A stretch of 64,000 nt of DNA, from assembly GCA_902761035.1 (NCBI GenBank), contig CACWIW010000002.1, positions 42,770 through 106,769 of the forward strand, written 5' to 3'. Positions 1 to 13,800 of the stretch are shown in pieces. A program made the position numbers and the translations under genes. Position 1 is the first letter of the stretch, and the number at the start of each line of letters is the position of its first letter. Under the pieces are notes generated by a model. That model was not told the DNA's origin. It ran no database searches and worked only from the letters and a program-made list of their open reading frames with translations. The DNA comes from an uncultured bacterium (GTDB lineage: Bacteria > Verrucomicrobiota > Kiritimatiellia > RFP12 > UBA1067).

Positions 1-3526
<3,526 letters not shown>

Positions 3527-3610
3527 ATTCAATTCGCCTCTAAACCGTGTGGTAATTATATCATATTTTTACTCGTTACCGCATATTCAACTGTTAAAAA
3601 ACAAGGATTT

Positions 3611-4372
3611 TCAACACTTATCGCACAGCAAGCCGCCCACCTGGTAGGGCGCGATCACCGAGCGCGCCGCCTTGCCTTCGGGCAGTTCGCGGATCCACAC
3701 GTTGCGGAAACGTACAGGACACAGATGCTGTTGAAGCTTGACCGGTCCTTTGTCGGAGGGCGGCTTCGTCTGGCGGGTGCGGCGGATGTGCCCCGTCGGC
3801 CCTTCCAGCGGCCAGCCGTCCTGTACCAGCACGCCGTTCAGGAACACCGTCGCGGAACCAGGGCGGACGCACTTCGCGCCGTCGAACACGGGACGGTAGA
3901 ACACGATGTCGTACGTCTGCCATTCGCCTCTGCGGCGGGTGGGGTTCACAAGCGGCGGGTTCTGTCCATAAATCGACGCCGCCTGTCCATCCGCGTAAAA
4001 CGGGTGCTTCATGTCGGCGGGATCGGTTTCATGGCTCTCGAATATCTGGACCTCGTAGAGCCCCATCATGAACACGCCCGAATTGCCGCTGTTCATGTCG
4101 TAGGGAGGGAGGTTGGCGGGGATCTGCCATTCGATGTGCAGCTGCACGTCGCCGAACTCGCGGCGCGTGCGGATGTCGCCGGCGCCGCGCGTGGCCTCGA
4201 TCGCGCCGTCCACGAGCTTCCACTTCGCCTTGCGGCCCTTCATGTCCGTCCAGTTCGCGTCAAAGCTCTTCTGCGTTCCGTCGAACAGCACCACGGCATC
4301 GCTCGGCGGTTTCGCCGCCCCCGCCGTCAGCGCCACCACGGCCACGACCAAACCAACAACGGTTCTATTCAT
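3611..4372 (-). CDS. DUF1080 (3-keto-disaccharide hydrolase-like) secreted protein
   Basis: Signal peptide; PPSDAVVLFDG, FGDVQLHIEW, GNSGVF, YEVQI, LQQH..PVRFRNVWIREL motifs; AAGGAG RBS; overlaps MFS stop. Confidence 0.85.
   Translation of the reverse strand: MNRTVVGLVVAVVALTAGAAKPPSDAVVLFDGTQKSFDANWTDMKGRKAKWKLVDGAIEATRGAGDIRTRREFGDVQLHIEWQIPANLPPYDMNSGNSGVFMMGLYEVQIFESHETDPADMKHPFYADGQAASIYGQNPPLVNPTRRRGEWQTYDIVFYRPVFDGAKCVRPGSATVFLNGVLVQDGWPLEGPTGHIRRTRQTKPPSDKGPVKLQQHLCPVRFRNVWIRELPEGKAARSVIAPYQVGGLLCDKC
3641..3671. repeat. GTAG-type REP-like palindrome inside the 3' end of the DUF1080 gene
   Basis: ctggtagggcgcgatcaccgagcgcgccgcc is the exact reverse complement of 43257-43287. Confidence 0.85.
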
Positions 4373-5561
4373 TTCCATTCTCCTTCGCATTTTTATACAT
4401 GCAGACTGAAAGTACGGCCTGGTAGGCGAGGCAGGCGAGAAGCACCCACACGAGGCCCGTGCTGCCCGCGCACTTCTGCGCGAAGCCGAGGACGGGCGGC
4501 ACCACCGCCCCGCCTGCGATCGCCATCACCATCAGCGCGGTGATCTCGTTCGCCTTTTCGGGCAACCTGTCGAGAGCAATCCCCATGCACATCACGAAGG
4601 TGTTCGCCGAGGCGACCGACGCCACGAACACGCAGCAGAGGAAGGCGATGGGCTCTGAACAGACGAAAAAGGCCGCGACGGCAAGAACGCACAGGCCGAT
4701 GCACCAGGGGAAGCACTTGGCGGGAGGGAAGCGGACGAAAAGTGCCGCACCAACGGCCGTCGCGAGTGTCTTGCCCACGAAATAGACAGTCGGACCCGTC
4801 CCCGCCATGTTCACGTCAACTTTGTACACGGTCTTGAGGAACTCCGGAATCGCCACCGAGAAGCCCACGTCCAGCCCCACCGCGAAGAAGATACCGACGG
4901 TCAGCGCGAGGACCAGCGGATCGCGCAGGAGCGCAAAGCAACTGCCAAACGTCGTCCGTGGGACGGAAAGCCCACCCGACGTCTCCCGTTCGTCTGGAAT
5001 CCGCGAAAGCATCAGCCACGCGGCGGTCGCCGCCGCGAGCACGCCGTAGATCGGAAACACGAGACGCCAGTTCCCCATGACGCTCGCCGCGACGTAGATG
5101 AACACGGGCGTGAGCGCCGCGCAGATCGCCTTGACGAACTGTCCGAAGGAGATGCGGCTTGCCAGGAGCGTCGGCGGCGTGACGTTGCCCAGCAGCGCCG
5201 GAAGCGCCGCCTGCAAAATGGTGTTGCCGATTCCAATCAGCGCGAACGCCGCGAAATACGGCCACGGACGCCCCGCGCCGCCCGCAAGCGGAAGGAGCAT
5301 CGCGGCCACCGTCACGGCAAGCGACACCAGCACCGCGTTCTTCCGCCCGATTCTCCCCGAAAGCACGCCCGTCGGCAGCGAGATCAGGAAGAACCACACG
5401 AAGATCATCGACGGCAAAAAACCCGCTGTCACGTCGTCAAGCGCGCATTCGCTCTTCACCTGATTCACCACCGGCCCCACGATGTCGGCGAACCCCATCA
5501 CGAAGAACCCCGCCATCATCGGCAACAGCGCCGCGAGTCCGCACTTCCTTTCAGTCGTCAT
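4365..5561 (-). CDS. MFS sugar transporter (FucP/GluP-like)
   Basis: About 12 hydrophobic segments; GFFVMGFADIVG, GRIGRK loop, MAIAGGAVVP. Confidence 0.85.
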   Translation of the reverse strand: MTTERKCGLAALLPMMAGFFVMGFADIVGPVVNQVKSECALDDVTAGFLPSMIFVWFFLISLPTGVLSGRIGRKNAVLVSLAVTVAAMLLPLAGGAGRPWPYFAAFALIGIGNTILQAALPALLGNVTPPTLLASRISFGQFVKAICAALTPVFIYVAASVMGNWRLVFPIYGVLAAATAAWLMLSRIPDERETSGGLSVPRTTFGSCFALLRDPLVLALTVGIFFAVGLDVGFSVAIPEFLKTVYKVDVNMAGTGPTVYFVGKTLATAVGAALFVRFPPAKCFPWCIGLCVLAVAAFFVCSEPIAFLCCVFVASVASANTFVMCMGIALDRLPEKANEITALMVMAIAGGAVVPPVLGFAQKCAGSTGLVWVLLACLAYQAVLSVCMYKNAKENGNE

Positions 5562-5575
5562 GTCTTCTCATCCTC

Positions 5576-7321
5576 TCATGTCCGCACATAAGCCTTGATT
5601 GTCGCGTGAAGCTTCTCCGCGCCGGGACCCGACGGACGCACGACGTATTTGCCCACGGCGGCGGGCACGATGAACGTCTCGGCATAGTGGACGGTGAACG
5701 GCGCGAACGCGCCCGTGGGACTCTCCACGGTCGCCTCCTCGCCTTCCACGAGGTTCAACACGTTCACGCCGCCGCACGTATCGTGCGCGACGGGTTCCGT
5801 GAACCAGTGGCGACGCGTCTCGATGAACTCACGCTCGTGCAATCCCGTGCGCTCCTCCTTCACGCCCGGACGCTCCAAAATCGTCTCGACGCGTCCGACG
5901 AGGTTCTTCCGCACCCACTCCGTGTCGCGGTCGAACTGGATGTTGGCAAGGGCGTGTTCCACGTGGATCGGACGCGGACGCCCATCGAGTCCGAGACGCC
6001 CCCAGTCCCACATCTTGAACGTAAAGATGTAGGGCGTCGCGGAAATCTCCAGCACCATGCAGTTCGCGCCGGAGCAGTGGATCGTGCCGCCGGGGATGAG
6101 GAAATGGTCGTGCTTCTTCGCGGGGAAGGCGTTGACGTACCTGAGCGCGTCGAAGGACCCCGTCTTCTCGCTCGCACGGAGCGCGTCGGCGAACTCCTCG
6201 CGCGTGACGCCGGTCTTCTTGCCGAGATATACGACCGGCGACGCGGACGCGTCGGCGTCGAGCAGGTAGTAGCTCTCGTCCTGCGTGTAGTGCATCCCGA
6301 ATACGTCCTGGATGTATTCCGTGAGCGGATGGCATTGGAGCGACAAGTTGCCACCGCGCATCGTGTCGAGCATGTCAAAACGAATCGGGAACTCCGCGCC
6401 GAAGCGGGCGTGGACCTTCTCGCCGAGGAGTTCATGCGGATGGCGGAAGACGAGGTTGATCGCCGGCGTCTCAAGGACGATCCCGCCCACGTCCATGAGG
6501 AGCGAGTTCTCCTCCGGCACGCAGTCGAAGCTCCAGGCGTAGTTTTTCTTCGACGGGTCGAGGTCGAACTTCTCCTTCATCCACTGTCCACCCCACACGC
6601 CGGGGGCGAAGTAGGGCATCACGCGGAACGGACGCGACGCGGCGATTTCGAGTCCGCGCCGGAACGCCGCCCCCGTCATCATCTTCGGCTCGGCGCTGTT
6701 CGTGTCGAGGATGTAGTCCATCCTGTCGTAGCGTGCGCGCTTGTGTCGGTCGAGCGCACGCCAGTCGGCGAAGAAGCCGCGCTTGTAGAGGCGCAGCGCG
6801 TCCTCGCCCGCGTTGTTGTCCAGCCAGTTCGCGAGCCGTCCCGAACGTAAGCGCTGCTGGATTTCCCAGCGTGCCATGTCGGCGTACACATAGATGTCGC
6901 ATGCGGGACAGCACACCGCCGCCGCCACGCCGTAAACGAGCACGACTCCCCGCGCCACCGCGATCTTCGCCTTGACGGTCTCGACCTTCGCCGGGTCGAA
7001 ATAGTCCTCCACCCGCCGGTGCGACATCACGGCGAACACGCGATCGTCGCCCTGATCCGCCGCCAGCATCGCACGCACCTCGTCACGCGTCTTGTTCGCC
7101 TCGCGCGTCTCTATCACCGCGTCTGGCCGAAGTGCCCCTTTTAGCGCATCCAGTACTTCCTGCTCCCACACGCCGTGGTAAAGATCTACGCAAATGACGC
7201 AGCGCGCCCCCCCGCACCTCACCCGCAACTCCGCTCCGATCGCCTCCCATCCGGCAACGGCACGGCATTCGCCATCCGCTGGAACAGTTATTGCAGGGAA
7301 CTTATCGTAGTTGGATTTCAT
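5576..7321 (-). CDS. Class I mannose-6-phosphate isomerase-like cupin protein with N-terminal extension
   Basis: PGVWGGQW, FPIRFDMLDT..GGNLSLQCHP, YTQDESYY, IPGGTIH, LEISATP, WDWGR motifs; sits in ROK/MFS context. Confidence 0.8.
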   Translation of the reverse strand: MKSNYDKFPAITVPADGECRAVAGWEAIGAELRVRCGGARCVICVDLYHGVWEQEVLDALKGALRPDAVIETREANKTRDEVRAMLAADQGDDRVFAVMSHRRVEDYFDPAKVETVKAKIAVARGVVLVYGVAAAVCCPACDIYVYADMARWEIQQRLRSGRLANWLDNNAGEDALRLYKRGFFADWRALDRHKRARYDRMDYILDTNSAEPKMMTGAAFRRGLEIAASRPFRVMPYFAPGVWGGQWMKEKFDLDPSKKNYAWSFDCVPEENSLLMDVGGIVLETPAINLVFRHPHELLGEKVHARFGAEFPIRFDMLDTMRGGNLSLQCHPLTEYIQDVFGMHYTQDESYYLLDADASASPVVYLGKKTGVTREEFADALRASEKTGSFDALRYVNAFPAKKHDHFLIPGGTIHCSGANCMVLEISATPYIFTFKMWDWGRLGLDGRPRPIHVEHALANIQFDRDTEWVRKNLVGRVETILERPGVKEERTGLHEREFIETRRHWFTEPVAHDTCGGVNVLNLVEGEEATVESPTGAFAPFTVHYAETFIVPAAVGKYVVRPSGPGAEKLHATIKAYVRT

Positions 7322-7337
7322 ACAATATTACGCTCGT

Positions 7338-8765
7338 TCACGAATTACCATGGGCAAAAAGGTCATCAAAGGTAATCACATTCGAGAACCTTCCACTATA
7401 CTTGTTTCTGAGCAGCCCGTATGGAGTTATAAGAACGGCATTGACCGATTTCCGCGTTCCAGTGACGGACGAGAACACAGACATTTTTCGTCGCATGTCG
7501 GCATCTGTTTTTTCATCCGGGGCGAAATCGTCCTTTGTGTACTTCATTTCGCATATGTCGATCACGCCGTCGGCACGATCTATTACAAGGTCTATCTGCG
7601 CGCCCTTGGGGCAACTTTCGTCAGGCGCATGTCTCCAAGAACATACGTGCGTCAGCACGCCACCAATCTGCAATGCATTCTTCAGCTGCCACAAATGCTG
7701 GAGGCACAACCTTTCAAACGCAAAACCCGCCCACGATGCCTGCATTGAAGATCCTGCCGTGTTCTGCCAGAAATTCTCGTCCGGGTTTGAGTCCTCGTTC
7801 AAATATCTCAGATGGAAAAGCGAAAAATTATCTATAAGTTGAAACACCGCGTTTTTCTTTTTTTTCCCAAAAGCGACATACTTGCGCACAAAACCGCTTG
7901 TCTCAAGATCGGAAAGGCATTTTGAGACCTTTCCACCATCCGCAAGCTTCAACTTCCGCAAAAGCTCTTCGCGCATCATGCCAGACTTGACTGATGACAA
8001 GGCCGTCACTATGTTACGGTACATCGTCCCGTCTTTGAACAACGAAGCAAACAGTTCGGCGAATTCACCCCTCAGTTTTCCCGTCTCGGCAAAGACAAGT
8101 GCATCAACATTCTGTCGAAGGCTCAAACCACGTTCCATCAAACTCCAGTAAAACGGCACTCCACCGAAAATCATGTATCCAAGCGCGATTTCCTCCCTCG
8201 AATAGGACAATCCAAGTTCGTTTGCGTACTCTTCGCATTCGGCAAGGCAGAACGGCTTAAGATAGATTCTGTCTGTAACCCGGTTGTGAAGCCCTCCGTG
8301 GTTCTTTATGAGCTTGTTCATCATCCATGACGTGGCAGATCCACAAACGATCAACAGCATGTCCTTACGAGCCGAGGCATAGCCGTTCCAGAAATGCTCC
8401 AAGGCAGGAACGAATTTGGATCTCCGCGTATCCATCCACGGTAGTTCGTCAATGAATACGACTTTCCGTTCCCTCTCGCACCGCTCAATCACCTTCTCCA
8501 ATGCAAGAAATGCCTCTCGCCACGATTTGAGCGAAGGACAGTGCTCATATCCGTATTTCACGAGCGAATCCCTGAAATTGAGCAGCTGCTCTGCCGTTCC
8601 GACCCCAGAAACGCCTACATGACAAAAACAAAAATCATCATGGAAAGTCTCCCTAATCAGGTACGTCTTGCCTACGCGGCGGCGCCCATACACGGCAACG
8701 AACTGCGCCTCAGAGCGCTCTGCCGCGCACAAAAGAGATTTCCTCTCACTATATCTTCCTACCAT
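7338..8765 (-). CDS. AAA ATPase (archaeal ATPase_2-like) with wHTH and C-terminal PD-(D/E)XK-like domain
   Basis: Walker A GRRRVGKT, Walker B VFIDELPW, LIVCGSATSW, QIDLVIDR...ICEMK; lower GC than flanks; GAGGTG RBS before ATG 8765. Confidence 0.85.
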   Translation of the reverse strand: MVGRYSERKSLLCAAERSEAQFVAVYGRRRVGKTYLIRETFHDDFCFCHVGVSGVGTAEQLLNFRDSLVKYGYEHCPSLKSWREAFLALEKVIERCERERKVVFIDELPWMDTRRSKFVPALEHFWNGYASARKDMLLIVCGSATSWMMNKLIKNHGGLHNRVTDRIYLKPFCLAECEEYANELGLSYSREEIALGYMIFGGVPFYWSLMERGLSLRQNVDALVFAETGKLRGEFAELFASLFKDGTMYRNIVTALSSVKSGMMREELLRKLKLADGGKVSKCLSDLETSGFVRKYVAFGKKKKNAVFQLIDNFSLFHLRYLNEDSNPDENFWQNTAGSSMQASWAGFAFERLCLQHLWQLKNALQIGGVLTHVCSWRHAPDESCPKGAQIDLVIDRADGVIDICEMKYTKDDFAPDEKTDADMRRKMSVFSSVTGTRKSVNAVLITPYGLLRNKYSGRFSNVITFDDLFAHGNS

Positions 8766-8790
8766 ATACACCTCTTGCTAGTTTTGTGGG

Positions 8791-8873
8791 GCGGAATTAT
8801 ATCAAAAATCTGACATTCCGACAACTACGAAATTATATCGGTGCGGAATCTATGGTATTCGCCAACATTCCGC
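8791..8873 (-). promoter_or_regulatory. sigma70-like promoter of the AAA gene overlapped by twin CGGAAT-N17-ATTCCG palindromes
   Basis: Minus strand TTGTCG-N17-TATAAT; palindromes at 8791-8820 and 8843-8873, 52 bp apart. Confidence 0.6.
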
Positions 8874-8889
8874 ACCCGAATAAGCAATG

Positions 8890-9798
8890 TCATTTTACCT
8901 CTAGTTTTGTCCCAACCTTCGCAAACAGTGCGTGAAGCCCCAACACCACCGACGCCTCCGGGTTGTCGGCCACGACGAAACGAACCTTGCCCCACGGCGT
9001 CCAGGAGTGTGCCCACACATACTCCTGAGCCGCATCGAGAAGCGGCGCGAAATGCGAGGCGCCGCCAGACCAGATGACCGTCTCGGCGTCATAAAGATGC
9101 ACAAGCGCAAGCGCACCTGCACCAAGCGCGGTAGAAACCGTGGCGAAGAGCCGCTTCGCCTTTTCATCGCCTTTCGCATAGTCTTCCGCGAATCGGCGGT
9201 AGTCGTAATCCGCGTCGCCGGCCATTTCCTTAAGTGCCCACGTGCCCACATACGCCTCAAGACATCCCGAGCCGCCGCAGTTGCACTTCCGTCCTCCTTC
9301 AAACTGAATCGGGAAGTGTCCGCCGAGAAGTCCCGCCGTTCCGTGTACGCCGCGCTCCACATGTCCGCGGCAGACCGCCGACGTGCCCACGCCCGTGCCA
9401 AGGATCATCATGACGGCGTTCTGCTCACCCTTGGCGCAACCGAAGTTGAGTTCGCCAAGAAGCGCCGCACGTGCGTCGTTAATCACGCGGCAGGGAAGCG
9501 ACAGCTTCTCCCGCGCCCACGCAAAGATATCGACGTTCTCCACGCCGGCGTGCTTGTCGTTGCAACTTAGAACCCGCCCCCTCTCCTCGTCAATGATGCC
9601 AGGAAGCGCAATACCGATGCCGTCCCATTCTCCCGGATGTCGGGTGCGCATAGCCGAGACGCGTCGTTCAAGTTCCGCCAGCGTACCGGTGAAACCTTCC
9701 GACGACACCGTGAACATCTCGCTCTCGATCACAGTTCCGTTTTCCACCGTGGCCAGCTTCACCCGGCTGCCACCCATATCAGCGCTCAACGTCTTCAT
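8890..9798 (-). CDS. ROK family sugar kinase
   Basis: DMGGSRVK, GIGIALPG, NDARAALLGE, LGTGVG, CNCGGSGCLE zinc motif; no N-terminal HTH. Confidence 0.9.
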   Translation of the reverse strand: MKTLSADMGGSRVKLATVENGTVIESEMFTVSSEGFTGTLAELERRVSAMRTRHPGEWDGIGIALPGIIDEERGRVLSCNDKHAGVENVDIFAWAREKLSLPCRVINDARAALLGELNFGCAKGEQNAVMMILGTGVGTSAVCRGHVERGVHGTAGLLGGHFPIQFEGGRKCNCGGSGCLEAYVGTWALKEMAGDADYDYRRFAEDYAKGDEKAKRLFATVSTALGAGALALVHLYDAETVIWSGGASHFAPLLDAAQEYVWAHSWTPWGKVRFVVADNPEASVVLGLHALFAKVGTKLEVK

Positions 9799-9813
9799 GT
9801 CTGCTCTTCCTTT

Positions 9814-10803
9814 TCAGCAGTTGACCCGCACGTCGAAAAACGACCCGTCGACGTTGGCGGCAACGGCGCACTGTACATGCCCCCGGTCAAACGCGAAGAA
9901 GTGCTTGTGCACGTGCCCGACGAATACGCCCAATAGGTTCGGCGTGGAGAACACGGCCTCGCGGAACGCGAACGTCGTTGGCGTATGCCCGGCCTCTGGC
10001 CATTGCGGACGGCGCTCAATCTTCCAGTGGGGATCCACCTTCGCGCCCCACTCGGGATGGGCGCAGCCAGCCTCGCGCGGACCATATCCCGGCATGTAGA
10101 GCGGGATGTGCATCATGAGCGCCACCGGCTCGCCTTTCGCCGCCTCCTGCTTCCAGAAGGCGAGCTGTTCCGGCAGTATCTCGTAGAGCGAGTTGTCGAT
10201 GAAGACGAAACGGATGCCGTTCACCACGCGCGAGGCCATCATCGGATCGGCCCCCTGGTAGAGCGGCGCAAGGCGTTTCTTCGTCCATTCCGCGCGCAAG
10301 GCCATCTCCGTGCCAGGCAAACCTTCGTAGTGCCAGTCGTGGTTACCCGAAATGTACATCCAGTTCAACCCGGACTCGTCGAGCCGCCGTTTCACGTACT
10401 CCACGCCTGCCTCGGACGGAAAGCTCACGATATCGCCCACGAGCGCGAGGAAGTCCACCTTCATCTTCTTCGCCTCGGCGAGCGCGTACTCGAAGCCGTC
10501 GGGGGAGGCGATAGGACACCTTGTGCGGAAATGGAGCGCGGAGCGATAGGGTTTGGACATGCGGGCCGAATACTGTTTGAACGGCTCGCCCCGCTCGTCG
10601 TCGATGGTTAGGTGCGAATCGCCAACCACCATGAATCGGCACTTCCCTCCGAGTGACGGCATGGTGAAGCGCAGCGACTCCTTCACAGACGCGAACGAGA
10701 CGCCCAGCGCAGCCGACGTCTCTGCCGCCCGCCCGCGCGGCACGGCGGCCATCGCCGCCGCGGCGGCACCAAATTTGAGCATGTTCCTTCTTGTCATTTG
10801 CAT
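9814..10803 (-). CDS. Tat-exported calcineurin-like metallophosphoesterase
   Basis: TRRNMLK Tat motif; GDSH, GDIV, GNHD, GHVH metal ligands. Confidence 0.85.
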   Translation of the reverse strand: MQMTRRNMLKFGAAAAAMAAVPRGRAAETSAALGVSFASVKESLRFTMPSLGGKCRFMVVGDSHLTIDDERGEPFKQYSARMSKPYRSALHFRTRCPIASPDGFEYALAEAKKMKVDFLALVGDIVSFPSEAGVEYVKRRLDESGLNWMYISGNHDWHYEGLPGTEMALRAEWTKKRLAPLYQGADPMMASRVVNGIRFVFIDNSLYEILPEQLAFWKQEAAKGEPVALMMHIPLYMPGYGPREAGCAHPEWGAKVDPHWKIERRPQWPEAGHTPTTFAFREAVFSTPNLLGVFVGHVHKHFFAFDRGHVQCAVAANVDGSFFDVRVNC

Positions 10804-10812
10804 TATTTGGGT

Positions 10813-13800
10813 TTACCTTCCGCATCCCCACTGCTTGTTGGGCTCAAGGCCCATCCAGAGCTCAAGCGTGCCGCCCTTCAGCACTTCGCGGGCGTCAATG
10901 AGGAAGGAGTTCTGCGGCTTGCCGTTCAACACGGCACGCTGCACGTACTTGTTGGCGCGGGAGGCGTTGTGCGCCTTGATGGTGAATGTGTCGCCGCGGC
11001 CAAAGCGTCGTCCAAGGTCAATCGTCGCCTCCTCGAAGAGCGGGCTCGCGATTTCGTAAATCGGCTCCGCGCGGCAACCGCCGTCCGTCTGGAACAGCCC
11101 GAGCGACGCCATCACGAACCACGCGCTCATCTGCCCCTGGTCCTCGTCGCCCAGCCACGCCGTGGAATCGCCGAAACCGTAGAAGCGCTCCATGATCGAC
11201 CGCGCCCACTTCTGCGTCTCCCACGGTTCATTCGCCCAGTTGAAGAGGAACGCGAAATGCATCGACTGCTGGTTGCCCTGCACGACGGGGAACTTCGCGT
11301 AATGCTCGCCAGGCGCGTTGTAGCGGAACGGACAGCTCTTCTCAAAACCCCACTTGAGCCGTTCGAGGAAACGCTCGCGTCCGACGATCTCCACGAGCGC
11401 CGGAACATCCTGCGGTACGAAGAACGTGAGCTGCCAGGCGTTGCCCTCCACATATCCCTTCACCGAGAATCCGTCCGCGATGGAAGTCAGGGTTTTGTCC
11501 CATTCGCCCTTCGAGTCCCTGCGGTGGCAGTAACCGCTTTCGGGATTGACGGCGTTCTTCCACCAGGTGCCGCGGTCGGAGAAGATCTTGTACGCGGCCT
11601 CGTCGCCGATCGCCTTTGCGAACTGTCCCACGGTCCAGTCGTCAAACGAATACTCCATCGAGTTCGAGAAGGTGCCCTTGTCGCTCGGCACGTAATGGTG
11701 CTTCATGTACGCGGCGAGGTTGCGGTTGCCGGCGAAGCCGCGTCCCACCTTCTGTCCGGGTGTGGTCTGCATCTTCACGAACGCGGCCAGCAGCTTCTTC
11801 GGGTCGTACACGCGGATGCCCATCTGCCAGGCGCTGACCATCTGCGGAATCTCGTGCTCGGCCACCATCACCGGGATGTAGCGCATGCCCGCCGGACCCT
11901 TCCCGAGCCATCCGCCGGCCTCGAACAGCGCCATCTGCGACTTCACCCAGCGCGCGCTCCACTCCGGCCCCACGAGGTTCCACGCCTGGTTCAGGTTCCA
12001 GAACGTGTTCCAGAACGCGTCGCACCCCATCGCGCGCGCGTCAGGATCGTCCAGCTTCTGGATTTTGCCGAACGGGTCGCTCCAGCGTCCATCGACATCG
12101 TTGAACGTGTTGCGGCAGAACGAGCGGTAGAGATTCGTGTAGAAGCGCTTCTTCTCAAGACGGTCCGCCGTGGCGATCTTCACGCGCCCCAGCAGGTCGT
12201 TCCACGTCGCCTCGTTGGCCGCGCGCACCTTCTCGAAGCTCCAGCCGAACGGATCCTCGACCTCGCGCTTCAGGTTGTTCGCCGCGCCCGCGATGTCCAC
12301 GAACGAAATGCCCGAGCGCATCTGCACGACGGTCTTGCCCTCCGCCGGCTTGAATTCCACATAGCAGCCGAAGAACTTCGGATTCTGCGCGGAATGTGCG
12401 CTACCTGTCCAGAGGGCGTCGTTTTCCCATCCACCGAACTTTGCGATGTCCCGGTCGAACTCGATCACGAAGTGGACGGTGTAGAACTGGTCGGCGTCGC
12501 GGCTCCACACGTGCGTCGTATCCTGCTTGGAAAATCCCTCGATTCGGCGCGGACCCGTCTGGCGCACGTCGCAGGCCTTGAGGACGTAATTGTATTCGCA
12601 CGGCGTGAGCAGGTCGATCATCACGCGCGGCGTCTTGCCCGCCGGATACGTGTAGCGCTGGAATCCGCAGCGGTCGGTCGCCGTGAGTTCGGCGAAAATG
12701 TCGTGGTCCGTGAGCTTCACGGCATAGTACCCCGCCTTGCACACCTCGCTCGTCTTGTCGATGAACGAGCGGTAGCCGTTCGCATGGCCCTTGATTTCGG
12801 AATCCGCGCCCATGCGGGTCTTGAGCGGACCCGTGGTCGGCATCGTGCCGAGTCCCGCCATGGTCCACTCGTGAATGTGGCTAAAGCACCCAATGCTCTC
12901 GATTGAGGGATCGTATCCGCCATCCCACACCCGCTTGCCGGGCAGGCCCTCGTTGTCGGGCGAGAGCTTCACCATGCTGAACGGCGTCCACGGACCCGGC
13001 GCGAGCATCCAGCGCGAGTGCGCCGTGCCCATGCGCGTATCGACGTACCCCGCCACGCCCGCGTCACGTTGCGGCGTGCACTTGACCGTTCCTTCCCGCA
13101 CACACACATCATCAACAATCACCCGATATTCCGTACGGTAGGGCGGTCGCCCCGCGACCGCCGCATCCATCGGCGCTTCGAGCGAATACGCCCCGGCTTC
13201 CACACGCTGTTCCAACGCAACCTTGCCGTCGATCTCCACACGCACGACGGGCGCGCCCTCCAGATGCTCCACGTCAACGAGCAGCGGCTGTTTCCCGGTG
13301 CCGGGGATCAAGTAGTCGCCCGCCTTTACGTCTCGCACATACGCGCCCTTGTGCGCACGGCGTACCACGGCGTCCTTCGGCCCCTCCAACCGCACGTCGT
13401 CGAAGATCGCCCAGCTGCCTTCGATGGACGTGATCTTGATTTCGTTCGCACCCTCCACGATCTCACCGTCCGCAAGGTCGAACTTCGCCGCGAACGGCTT
13501 GGCCTTCGAGAAGTCGCCCTTCATGATGGACGCGTCTCCGCCACCGACGGGCAGCACCATCTTCCGCGCCTTGCCGTTCACCGACACCTTCAGGAGGGGC
13601 CTCTCCGCCTTATGGACATCTGCAAAGTCGATGACGAGCGTCCACGCGCCGTCCGTACCTTTCTTCGCGATGTCGAAGAGGATGTTCACCTGTTGCGTGC
13701 GGCGTCCTGCTGGACTGCCGGATCCGGCCCACTTGTCGTTGATGCCAGGAAGAACGTAGGGGAAAGACTTCTTTGCATCCGATCGTCCGATGAGGAAATA

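Noticed and set aside
10798..12906. Long plus-strand ORFs (also 36016-38253, 46402-48228, 50671-52368, 61616-62968 etc.)
   Set aside because: Antisense shadows of well-supported minus-strand genes, expected with strong GC3 bias; no recognisable motifs
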